Positions 1 to 9,111 of a stretch of DNA of 32,000 nt are shown here, piece by piece. The notes beneath the pieces are model-generated. The model worked only from the letters and a program-made list of their open reading frames with translations, made no database searches and was not told where the DNA came from. This DNA is from Xylanibacter ruminicola 23 (lineage in GTDB: Bacteria; Bacteroidota; Bacteroidia; Bacteroidales; Bacteroidaceae): the NCBI RefSeq assembly GCF_000025925.1, contig NC_014033.1, positions 660,001 to 692,000 on the forward strand, written 5' to 3'. Position numbers and translations under genes: made by a program. Within the stretch, counting starts at the first letter, position 1. Every line of letters starts with the position of its first letter.

Positions 1-236
1 TCGTCGAGGTCGTAGCTCTTACCTGTTGCCTTCAGAATCTCAGCCTCAAAGAAAGAGAGGGTAGAGTAGTCCCAGCACGTACCCGAACGGTTCTGGTCCT
101 TAATGCTAGTGATAGGGTTCTCCTTGATGGTTGTGAACACGGGTTTGTTCGCATCCTTTGCGGGCGCCTTTTTCTTGGCTGCCGAAGCACTCAAGGCCAT
201 GATAGCCACGAGTGCGAGTGTTGTCATTTTCTTCAT
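1..236 (-). CDS. C1-family cysteine peptidase (aminopeptidase C / bleomycin-hydrolase-like); N-terminal fragment running off the window
   Basis: ATG at 236 on the minus strand. My translation is MKKMTTLALVAIMALSASAAKKKAPAKDANKPVFTTIKENPITSIKDQNRSGTCWDYSTLSFFEAEILKATGKSYDLD. It shows a signal peptide, then the SGTCW catalytic-Cys motif of papain-like peptidases. It is open-ended, so it is absent from the ORF track. Confidence 0.7.
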   Translation of the reverse strand, partial: MKKMTTLALVAIMALSASAAKKKAPAKDANKPVFTTIKENPITSIKDQNRSGTCWDYSTLSFFEAEILKATGKSYDLD

Positions 237-255
237 TTTGTTTTTTATTTTTAAT

Positions 256-1656
256 TTATTGATTATTCATTGCCATAAACTCCTCAACATCCTTGGGGTG
301 ATAAGGAATTCTGTTTTTGCCCAGGAATCGGCAACCGTCCTTGGTAATCAGGATGTCGTCCTCGATACGGATACCACCAAAGTCCTTGTAGGTCTCGAGC
401 TTGTCGAAGTTCAGGAACTCCTTGCAGTGTCCGCTGGCTTTCCACTCGTCGATGAGCTGCGGAATAAAGTAGATGCCAGGCTCGTCGGTAATCACAAAGC
501 CCTCTTCAAGCTTGCGCCCCATACGCAGACAGTTGGTACCAAACTGCTCCAGGTTAGGACGTGTCTCTTCGTCAAAGCCTACGTAAATCTGGCCCAGTCC
601 TTCCATATCGTGTACATCCATACCCATCATGTGTCCCAGTCCGTGAGGTAGGAACATGGCATGGGCGCCGGCACGAACAGCCTCGTCGGTATCACCCTTC
701 ATCAGGCCGAGCTCCTTCAGGCGCTCAGTCATCAGTCGGCATACTGCAAAGTGTACATCCATATATTTTACGCCTGGTTTAGCCACCTCGATTGCATAAT
801 CGTGACAAGCCTCTACAATCGAGTAGATTTCCAGCTGGCGCTGATTGAACTTACCGTTAACAGGCATGGTGCGGGTGTGGTCCGAGCAATAGTCGTCCAG
901 TTCGCATCCTGCATCGCAAAGAGCCAGTCGGCCAGCTTCCAGTTTAGCATCCGATGGGTTGCCGTGCATAATCTCGCCATGCTGGCTGAAGATAGTTGCA
1001 AAGCTGGTACCCTGAGCCAGACTGCGGGCGATACCGTCCACCTGTCCGCCGATATAACGCTCGGTTACACCTGGACGAATCAGCTTCTGGGCTGTGGTAT
1101 GCATCATATAGCCCACCTCGCAGGCACGCTCAATAGCCTCAATCTCCTGTGGCTCCTTGGTGGCGCGCATTTTTACTACAGCCTTAATCAGCTGCTGCGA
1201 GGCCTGCTCCTTTTGCTGGTTGGGATGAATGCCCAGCAGGTCCATAATCTGTATCTTGGTATCGAAACGGTATGGGGGCAGGAAGTGATATTTGGTATTT
1301 GGTGAGAGGTGATGGATATATGTAGCCAGTTCCTTCATAGGAGCGGTCTTCTTTACACCAACCTCAGCAGCCAGATCGGCTACCGATGGTGTAAAGCCCA
1401 TCCATACGATATCCTCTACGTCGATATCGTCGCCAAAAATCATCTCTTCGTTGTTGTCGATATCAATCACACCTACCAGTCCGTCGCGGTGCTGTCCGAA
1501 GTAGTAAAGAAATGAAGAATCCTGTCGCATAGGAGCATAAGCGTTGGCCGGATAATTAACCGGTGCATCGTTGTTTCCAAACAGAATAACAACTCCTTCG
1601 CCTACGAGTTTCTTCAGTTCTTCGCGTCTCTTAATATAAGTATCTATACTAAACAT
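256..1656 (-). CDS. pepP: Xaa-Pro aminopeptidase (M24B family)
   Basis: 466-aa ORF with an N-terminal creatinase/AMP_N-like region. The C-terminal pita-bread fold carries metal-ligand motifs (DAGCE, HGLGHMMGMDVHD, ITDEPGIY, IRIEDD). Confidence 0.9.
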   Translation of the reverse strand: MFSIDTYIKRREELKKLVGEGVVILFGNNDAPVNYPANAYAPMRQDSSFLYYFGQHRDGLVGVIDIDNNEEMIFGDDIDVEDIVWMGFTPSVADLAAEVGVKKTAPMKELATYIHHLSPNTKYHFLPPYRFDTKIQIMDLLGIHPNQQKEQASQQLIKAVVKMRATKEPQEIEAIERACEVGYMMHTTAQKLIRPGVTERYIGGQVDGIARSLAQGTSFATIFSQHGEIMHGNPSDAKLEAGRLALCDAGCELDDYCSDHTRTMPVNGKFNQRQLEIYSIVEACHDYAIEVAKPGVKYMDVHFAVCRLMTERLKELGLMKGDTDEAVRAGAHAMFLPHGLGHMMGMDVHDMEGLGQIYVGFDEETRPNLEQFGTNCLRMGRKLEEGFVITDEPGIYFIPQLIDEWKASGHCKEFLNFDKLETYKDFGGIRIEDDILITKDGCRFLGKNRIPYHPKDVEEFMAMNNQ

Positions 1657-1692
1657 TTGTGGAAAATACGTTTAATTTTATCAATTTGTCGG

Positions 1693-1700
1693 CAAAGATA
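1693..1700 (-). promoter_or_regulatory. Bacteroidetes -7 box (TATCTTTG) for pepP
   Basis: The reverse complement of caaagata matches TAnnTTTG, 37 nt upstream of the pepP ATG. Confidence 0.5.
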
Positions 1701-1749
1701 CACATTATTTATCAAAAAGCCATCCCTTTACTCCTATTTTTTACAATAA

Positions 1750-2907
<1,158 letters not shown>

Positions 2908-2911
2908 CCCC

Positions 2912-2953
2912 AATAAGCTATCCCCGCCAACCAGCGGGGATAGCTTATTTTCT
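2912..2953. terminator. Bidirectional intrinsic terminator between convergent trpS and the radical SAM gene
   Basis: Perfect 16-bp stem aataagctatccccgc / gcggggatagcttatt (2912-2927 and 2934-2949) with loop caacca, followed by a T-run on the plus strand. It overlaps the stop codon of the minus-strand gene. Confidence 0.75.
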
Positions 2954-4450
2954 AATCTTCTTACGAAACTCCGGCACTTGCTCTGTGGGCATCATCAGCA
3001 GGCATTCTTTGATGCTTTTTCCACCGAGTGGATCGATGCCTTGTTCCATTTGTCGGCATAGCTCCATTCGGATTTTGGCTGTCTGGCATACGTCGCCTTG
3101 TATCTCTTTCAGCGTGAAGGTGCCGTCGGGCTTCTTTTCCAAAAACTCGCCTGCATAACAAGGTGTATTGCAGTACTGGCAATAGTCGTGCCTGCCACAT
3201 GCCGTAAACGTCCGTTTTTGGTCAGTTTGAAGCATCTGCATGCGCTGGGCACTCAGGATGGTCTCCTTGAGTGATGAGTGATGCAAATTGCCATACGTGA
3301 TAGGAATATTACTGCATCCTCTTACCACTCCACTAGGCGAAATAGTTATTAGTCTGTTGGCATTACAGGGGAATCCGCTAGCGCTGCCAAATGCATAACC
3401 GTCGGCCTTCCCATCTTTAGGGATATGATTTTTGGCCAGCGGGTCCATCAGGATGATGCGCAGGGCCTCAGGCCGTGTCTGCAGATGCTCAATCATCGAC
3501 ACATCACCATCGGCACCAGGATTTAGCGTACATGAAACCTCTATCTCAGCCCCCAGTTCATAAGCTATCTTGCGTACCCCGTAATAACTGCGGGTGTTCA
3601 GACGGAAAACGGGCGTTTTAATGTTCAGGGGTACAGGCCACGCTGAGAGTTCGCGAAGCACATTCATCGACTGTTCCCATGAGCCTCGCCTACGCGTAAT
3701 CTGGTCGTGTACCTCAGCATCAGTGCTATAGATCGACACGCTGAGTTGTAGCAGCCCCATGCGGGCTATTCGGCGTATCTTCTCTTTGGTGTTTATGGCT
3801 TGGGCGTTGGTAAACAGGTTTACCGCCAGGTTACACTTGTGCATATAGTCGAGAATATCCCAGCAGTGTGGGTAGCTGAACGGGTCGCCGCCAGTAACAG
3901 TTACTTCAGGTATCCCTAAATCTACGGCTTCATCAATGATACGTTTGTAGTCGTCCATTGTCAGCATATCAGGGCGCAAGCGGTGCTCCTCATGTAAGTC
4001 GCTGCGTGCAGCCCCTTCGTTGAAGCAGTGCAGGCATCGCTCACTGCAGGCATAGGTCAGTTCAAAGTTTATCGAAACCCGTTGTTCCTGGGGTAGTGTG
4101 TCCCAATAGTCGGCTGCTGGCTCACTGCCGTTATTACTGATACATGGTGGAAAGTCCTTGCGGTATTGCTGCCACTCATCGTCGCTCCACACATGGTCGT
4201 GCACCAGTCCGATAGGTAACAGCTGTTGGCAGCAGAACTCCTCTACTTGTTCCTCTTCAGTGCCTGTCACCCAAGCGATATGTGCTGTGTTGATGGGACT
4301 TTCTCTCTCGCCCGCCAGCACCTCTTTGATCAGCAGGGCCGACACGTCATCGAATGTATAGCAAGTGCCGCGGGCCGTGTTATACATCACTGCTCTCTGT
4401 GCATGGCGATTGAATGCGCCACAGGTATATAGCGGTCGGATAAAGGTCAT
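2945..4450 (-). CDS. Radical SAM / SPASM-domain enzyme with a PqqD-like (RRE-like) N-terminal extension; putative peptide maturase
   Basis: CxxxCxxC motif (ACSERCLHC). The C-terminal Cys-rich region has CNANRLITISPSGVVRGC (Gx4C) and CGRHDYCQYCNTPC, plus later Cys residues, typical of SPASM auxiliary clusters. The N-terminal ~130 aa resembles PqqD-like peptide-binding domains. The ORF track starts at 4522. I prefer the ATG at 4450, which forms an ATGA start/stop overlap with the upstream MATE gene. Confidence 0.85.
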   Translation of the reverse strand: MTFIRPLYTCGAFNRHAQRAVMYNTARGTCYTFDDVSALLIKEVLAGERESPINTAHIAWVTGTEEEQVEEFCCQQLLPIGLVHDHVWSDDEWQQYRKDFPPCISNNGSEPAADYWDTLPQEQRVSINFELTYACSERCLHCFNEGAARSDLHEEHRLRPDMLTMDDYKRIIDEAVDLGIPEVTVTGGDPFSYPHCWDILDYMHKCNLAVNLFTNAQAINTKEKIRRIARMGLLQLSVSIYSTDAEVHDQITRRRGSWEQSMNVLRELSAWPVPLNIKTPVFRLNTRSYYGVRKIAYELGAEIEVSCTLNPGADGDVSMIEHLQTRPEALRIILMDPLAKNHIPKDGKADGYAFGSASGFPCNANRLITISPSGVVRGCSNIPITYGNLHHSSLKETILSAQRMQMLQTDQKRTFTACGRHDYCQYCNTPCYAGEFLEKKPDGTFTLKEIQGDVCQTAKIRMELCRQMEQGIDPLGGKSIKECLLMMPTEQVPEFRKKIRK

Positions 4451-6210
4451 ACCTTGTTTCGTTGATAATTCAGATAGATACAGTTGATACCGTTCATGTA
4501 CTTGTGATTGAGATTCTTGCACAAGCGCGACAGAATGGCTCGTCGCAGGTTATTCTCATCTATATCTGCAACTTCTTCATCACTATATTTATAAATCGGA
4601 TTTCGCAGAGGACCTTTGCTCTTGACTACCGCTGTGAATTCCTTTTCCTTGTCGATGATGCGCACATCAAAGGTCTCATTCGTCTTGGAATTCTGGGGCT
4701 CATGGGTCTCCACAATCTCGTAAAGCAACTCCTCCAGGGCAATATCCACAGCCATACCGTCGGGCAGTTCGCAAGCCTCAATAAATGGACGTATCTTGCC
4801 CAGAAATGTCGCTACCCCCTCGTTGGTATAAGGTATAGAGAAGGTTACAGCCGGGTTGGATGGTACTGTGTTTTGCAATGTAGGCCAACTATACAAGGAG
4901 TTCTTGCGATGAACCACATAAGCCATGCCCAGGATTACCAGCAGCAGGAGCCAGGAGGTGGTGGGCAGGGTATACCATAGGAGCTGAGGGGTATAGAAGG
5001 CCATCAGGGCAATAATGCCGATGGTGCCCAGGTTGGTCACTATTTCTATCCATCTGCATAGTTTATGATGTCCCTGTACAAAATAAAGCACGCTGAGCGT
5101 CTCGGATATGGCATTAGGTAGAAATGCCAGACTCAGAAGTCGGAACGGGGTGCGACATTCTTCTATCAGCGTGTCGTCGGCTCCAAATATCCTGGCCAGC
5201 AAATCAGGGAAAAGGAATATCAGCAGGCTAACCGTCAGCATGACTCCTGTCAACAGGCGGAATATGCGCCGTGTGAGCATGCGGAAGCTGTCGAAGTCCT
5301 CTTCGCCCAGCAGGATGCCGCCGATATTGCTGATGGCTGTATTCGAGCCAGACAATGCCAGCATACAGATGGCATTAATCTGGAAGTAGATGGTAAAGAT
5401 ATACATGCCGTCGGCACCAAGTTTGTTCACTACCAGTGAGTTCATGGTAAAAGACATGGCAGGCATAAAGAGTGCTGATATCAGCATGGGCAGTCCAATA
5501 GAAAAGCACTCACGATACTGCTTGATGCTACATATCTTCGCAGGATGCCTGAGGCGGAATATCTTACTGTTTTTGCGCAGATAGCCTAACAGCGAGGTGA
5601 ATGCGAGCAAGTTACTGATACCTGTGGCCAACGAAGCACCTGCCATCCCCATATCAAACACACCGCACAGCAGTATGTCAAACCCTACATTGAGTATCTG
5701 TGAGATGATGATGCGTCGGGTGATGAGTCGCGGACTACCGTTTGTGATGACATAGGATAAAGGTACACCGAATACAGCTGCTACGAAGATGGCAAACATG
5801 TCGGCATGAATATATGGCCGCAGCATGGGTAGCAGACGCTGGTCGTCGGTAATCAAGCCTGCCACGATATCGAGGAAAGGCAACATGAGAACAATCACCA
5901 AAAGCGCGGAGGCGATAACATAGTACAGATGATTATTGAACACACGGTTCACCTGGTCGTAGTTTTGGGCACCAATGCCTCGAGCGCTCAGAAATCTGGC
6001 CCCGGCACTCATCATTCCTATAATGATGAACATACAACTCGCAATGGGTTGCCAGATACGTACAATTGACAGCGCATCAGGTGAAACGAGATGAGATACG
6101 ACAACAGAGTCGGTAAGTCCGCCAAGTTGTAGTATCAGGGACGACATGACGGTCGCCAGGAAAAACGAACCGAACATGTTCTTCAATACATATTCATTAC
6201 GCTGCATCAT
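4447..6210 (-). CDS. MATE/MOP-family efflux transporter with an extra ~140-aa C-terminal soluble domain
   Basis: The first ~440 aa are a polytopic hydrophobic MATE-like sequence. The C-terminal tail (WPTLQNTV...NYQRNKV) is hydrophilic and absent from ordinary ~450-aa MATE proteins. It overlaps the upstream gene by 14 nt. Confidence 0.8.
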   Translation of the reverse strand: MMQRNEYVLKNMFGSFFLATVMSSLILQLGGLTDSVVVSHLVSPDALSIVRIWQPIASCMFIIIGMMSAGARFLSARGIGAQNYDQVNRVFNNHLYYVIASALLVIVLMLPFLDIVAGLITDDQRLLPMLRPYIHADMFAIFVAAVFGVPLSYVITNGSPRLITRRIIISQILNVGFDILLCGVFDMGMAGASLATGISNLLAFTSLLGYLRKNSKIFRLRHPAKICSIKQYRECFSIGLPMLISALFMPAMSFTMNSLVVNKLGADGMYIFTIYFQINAICMLALSGSNTAISNIGGILLGEEDFDSFRMLTRRIFRLLTGVMLTVSLLIFLFPDLLARIFGADDTLIEECRTPFRLLSLAFLPNAISETLSVLYFVQGHHKLCRWIEIVTNLGTIGIIALMAFYTPQLLWYTLPTTSWLLLLVILGMAYVVHRKNSLYSWPTLQNTVPSNPAVTFSIPYTNEGVATFLGKIRPFIEACELPDGMAVDIALEELLYEIVETHEPQNSKTNETFDVRIIDKEKEFTAVVKSKGPLRNPIYKYSDEEVADIDENNLRRAILSRLCKNLNHKYMNGINCIYLNYQRNKV

Positions 6211-7576
6211 ATTTTAATCTATAAACTGCCACACCTATCATCGTGAACTTGTCCTTCATAAAAGTGTAGGCATCCGTGTTTGAAAGTTCTAATCTATTTC
6301 CTGTGGCATGGTAGAAGTGCAGCCTGCCGCTGATCCATTTGGCTATCAGCAGATGCTTAATCTCCACACCTCTTGCCCAGGTATGCTGATCACACACCAC
6401 TGCCATGATGTCGCCATCGCGAATCACGCCGAGCTCCGAATCCTGCGGCATGTTCAGCAGTTCACGGGGGATATAGGTAAAGCGCACGCGCTGCTGCTGG
6501 CGAAGGGCGATGGCCTTGTAGTTGTCTTCGTCGTCCATCTGTGGGCGGAACAGGTATTTGTTTCTGGTCATATAATTCAGTTGCAGGTCCATCAGTCCCG
6601 TAAAAGGAAAGGCGGGCTCGTCGGGGCTGATACGTTCCACGAATCCCTCTTTGATGGCCGACTGCATGATCCAGGTAAAGTAATGATTGCGGGTGGCAAA
6701 CGATACGACGCCGTCCTGATAATGCATGCGCCGGTAGTAATCCTTCAGGTCTGCCAGCGTGGTGCGCCCGTCTCTGTAGCACAGTGCCAGTGCCAGTACA
6801 TCTTCTATCACGGTGGTACAATCCACATGACTAAGGCTCACCATCAGATGTTCTTCTTCCATCGGCTGAGTGAATTCTGTTGCAACGCCCTCCATCAGTT
6901 GTTGGAAGAAGTATTCAGTCGGCGGCAACGATTGATCCACGTTTTTCATCGCACGTTGCAGTATCTGCTCGTTTTGCGCGTCAAACTGCTGCTCGTTGCG
7001 TCGCAGGCGGCGGAGTAGTCTGTTATGGAAAAAACTTGTTGAGATACGGCTGAGAGGCGTCCTGATACAGAACACCAACCATAACGAGCGCAGCGCTGCC
7101 AACTGTTCGCGCCAGTAATAGGGGTTGCTCTTCACCTTCTCATAGTCGCTGATGTCAATGCCCCAGGCATCATAACCCAGCCATCGGGCAATGCGCACCG
7201 AACGGGCGATATGAAAGCTGCTGGTCAGGATGTAGAATCGGGTTTGCTTGAAAAACAAATTCATATCCCATAATGAGCGGAAGGTGTTATAGCCACAGGA
7301 GTCGAGCACAAAGCGCTCTTCAGGAATATGATATTCCTCTACCAGCGTGCGGTAGATGACGGTAGTGTCAGCACGACAACCGGAGATGTAGAACAGCCAG
7401 TCGGGATAGGTATTGGCCAGGATGCTCACCAGCCTCACCCGCAACTGCAGGATAGGCGACAGCGAGTTGTCGGGACGCAGTTTGGCACCTAACACCAGGC
7501 AGACTTTTACGCCTTCAGGCACCTGTTTGCCCTTCAGCCCCTGCAACCTGTCATGATGTAGTTTAACATACCGCAT
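6197..7576 (-). CDS. Two-domain protein: N-terminal DUF218 (YdcF/SanA/ElyC-like) fused to a C-terminal DUF1460-like (amidase/papain-like fold) domain
   Basis: The N-terminus (KVCLVLGAKLRPDNSLSP...ILTSSFHIARS) resembles DUF218. The C-terminal half (SLSHVDCTTVIEDVLALA...HLLIAKW) resembles DUF1460. Assignment is from memory of these families and is not searched. Confidence 0.65.
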   Translation of the reverse strand: MRYVKLHHDRLQGLKGKQVPEGVKVCLVLGAKLRPDNSLSPILQLRVRLVSILANTYPDWLFYISGCRADTTVIYRTLVEEYHIPEERFVLDSCGYNTFRSLWDMNLFFKQTRFYILTSSFHIARSVRIARWLGYDAWGIDISDYEKVKSNPYYWREQLAALRSLWLVFCIRTPLSRISTSFFHNRLLRRLRRNEQQFDAQNEQILQRAMKNVDQSLPPTEYFFQQLMEGVATEFTQPMEEEHLMVSLSHVDCTTVIEDVLALALCYRDGRTTLADLKDYYRRMHYQDGVVSFATRNHYFTWIMQSAIKEGFVERISPDEPAFPFTGLMDLQLNYMTRNKYLFRPQMDDEDNYKAIALRQQQRVRFTYIPRELLNMPQDSELGVIRDGDIMAVVCDQHTWARGVEIKHLLIAKWISGRLHFYHATGNRLELSNTDAYTFMKDKFTMIGVAVYRLKYDAA

Positions 7577-8093
7577 GGTCCGATTTATGTATTTTTTCTT
7601 CTATCTCATGAAGAAGAATGATCTGTTCTCTGACACTGGCAGCAAACGCATCACTGTTTTCCAGAATGTAGGCCTTCAGTTCGGCGATGTCCTGACATTT
7701 CAGATGGTGTATCACCATGAAATGCAACCCACACCCCTCGGCATGATGACCGGCACCGTCGAAAAAGGTTACTCTGCCGTCAGTAATATCTGAGTTAGAG
7801 CGTGCCCACAAGTGGAATATCCTGTTAATCGCGTTCGTCAGCGGATTGTCGGAATGGCAATAGCAAACCAGTTCGCCTGGATGCTCTTCCAGATATTGTG
7901 TAATCACCGCCACAATCATGCGCCCCACTTCCTTGTCAGGCGCACCGCCACGCATCCCGTCGGCAAGCCTGAGCACAAAGTAGAGCACGCGATGACTGCC
8001 AATCTCTGCCACCTCAATAAAATGAAGCACATAAAGACGACTCGCGGCATTGTAAAACTCCACCGCCGAATCGCCTCTTTTCCTTAACACCAA
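7563..8093 (-). CDS. Hypothetical protein (176 aa); first long gene of the operon
   Basis: The ORF overlaps the next gene by 14 nt. The only upstream in-frame starts are TTG (8093) and GTG (8090), and the first ATG is 46 codons in, so the start is uncertain. I recognise no family. Confidence 0.55.
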   Translation of the reverse strand: MVLRKRGDSAVEFYNAASRLYVLHFIEVAEIGSHRVLYFVLRLADGMRGGAPDKEVGRMIVAVITQYLEEHPGELVCYCHSDNPLTNAINRIFHLWARSNSDITDGRVTFFDGAGHHAEGCGLHFMVIHHLKCQDIAELKAYILENSDAFAASVREQIILLHEIEEKIHKSDHAVC

Positions 8094-8168
8094 TTTGGAT
8101 ATGGTGTTAATCTTCGCTATTCCTTCTTCAGATAGAGAATTCGTTGTTCTTGACTATATAAATAATAC

Positions 8169-8315
8169 CTATTTCTTATTCGTTGTTGCACAAAAACTTA
8201 CACGATCTCCATCATCTAACGTTCTCTGCACATAGTCGTCGAGATTCAGCGCCTGAGCGGTAATAATACTAACAGGTGATTTTCTGATTGCAAATGGGTT
8301 GTTTTTCTTTTCCAT
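8169..8315 (-). CDS. Unannotated 48-aa ORF; candidate precursor peptide for the downstream radical SAM operon
   Basis: My translation is MEKKNNPFAIRKSPVSIITAQALNLDDYVQRTLDDGDRVSFCATTNKK, with stop TAG at 8171-8169. It lies 61 nt downstream of a consensus -7 box and 75 nt upstream of the 176-aa gene. It is below the ORF-track length cutoff. Confidence 0.4.
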   Translation of the reverse strand: MEKKNNPFAIRKSPVSIITAQALNLDDYVQRTLDDGDRVSFCATTNKK

Positions 8316-8375
8316 ATTCTTCAAATGTTTAAGTTAAATAATAATATTCAAAAGCTTGTGCTTTAATTATTTGGG

Positions 8376-8383
8376 CAAAGATA
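8376..8383 (-). promoter_or_regulatory. Bacteroidetes -7 box (TATCTTTG) heading the small ORF and five-gene operon
   Basis: The reverse complement of caaagata is an exact TAnnTTTG match. It is the only such box between trmD and the operon. Confidence 0.5.
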
Positions 8384-8430
8384 CGAATATTTTTATGATT
8401 CATCTCGATTTTTGCGTTAATTAACATAAG

Positions 8431-9111
8431 TTAATCGCTGTCAAGCAAGTCGGGACGGAGACGGCGTGTACGCTCCATGGCCTGTTCAAATTCCCATTCG
8501 CGTATTTTTGCTTCGTTACCGCTCAGCAGTATCTCGGGCACTTTCCAACCCTTGTAGTCAGCCGGACGGGTGTAGATAGGTGCTGCCAGAATATCATCCT
8601 GGAAGCAGTCGGAGAGTGCACTCTGCTCGTCGCCAATCACGCCAGGCACCACTCTCACGATGGCATCAGCAATCATGGCTGCCACCAGCTCACCCCCAGT
8701 CAGCACAAAGTCGCCAATCGAAATCTCCTTGGTAATCAGGTGTTCACGAATACGCTGGTCGATACCTTTATAGTGGCCGGCCAATATGATCAGGTTGCCC
8801 TTCATGGAGAGGTCGTTGGCCATGTGCTGGTCGAAACGCTCACCGTCGGGCGAGGTGAATATCACTTCATCATAGTCACGCTCGGCTTTCAAGGCTGTGA
8901 TACAACGGTCGATAGGCTCGCACTGCATCACCATGCCTGCGCTGCCGCCGTATGGGTAATCATCCACGCGGCGCCATTTGTCCAATGTGTAGTCTCTCAG
9001 GTTGTGCAAACGGATTTCAGCCAGTCCCTTCTTCTCTGCTCTTGCCAGAATCGACTCGTGAACAAAGCCTTCCAACATCTCTGGCAGTACGGTTATAATA
9101 TCTATTCTCAT
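8431..9111 (-). CDS. trmD: tRNA (guanine37-N1)-methyltransferase
   Basis: 226 aa starting [12 protein letters not shown], with the typical SPOUT/TrmD sequence throughout. Its ATG forms an ATGA overlap with the patatin gene stop. Confidence 0.95.
   Translation of the reverse strand: MRIDIITVLPEMLEGFVHESILARAEKKGLAEIRLHNLRDYTLDKWRRVDDYPYGGSAGMVMQCEPIDRCITALKAERDYDEVIFTSPDGERFDQHMANDLSMKGNLIILAGHYKGIDQRIREHLITKEISIGDFVLTGGELVAAMIADAIVRVVPGVIGDEQSALSDCFQDDILAAPIYTRPADYKGWKVPEILLSGNEAKIREWEFEQAMERTRRLRPDLLDSD

Noticed and set aside
103-651. 182-aa plus-strand ORF spanning the pepC-like/pepP junction.
   Set aside because: It lies antisense to two well-supported minus-strand genes and has low-complexity hydrophobic composition. 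It is a shadow ORF.
661-1305. Long antisense ORFs opposite real genes. Besides this one: 2227-2913(-), 4462-4980(+), 6308-7018(+), 11746-12174(+), 26679-27203(+), 28405-28728(-) and 29247-29885(-).
   Set aside because: Each is fully embedded in a gene with clear family motifs on the other strand. Their translations are Leu/Arg/His-rich with no recognisable motifs, as is typical of antisense frames in mid-GC genes.
4451-4522. Upstream start (4522) of the radical SAM ORF given in the ORF track.
   Set aside because: It would overlap the MATE gene by 76 nt. The ATG at 4450 gives a classic ATGA stop/start coupling. This is kept as an alternative, not excluded.
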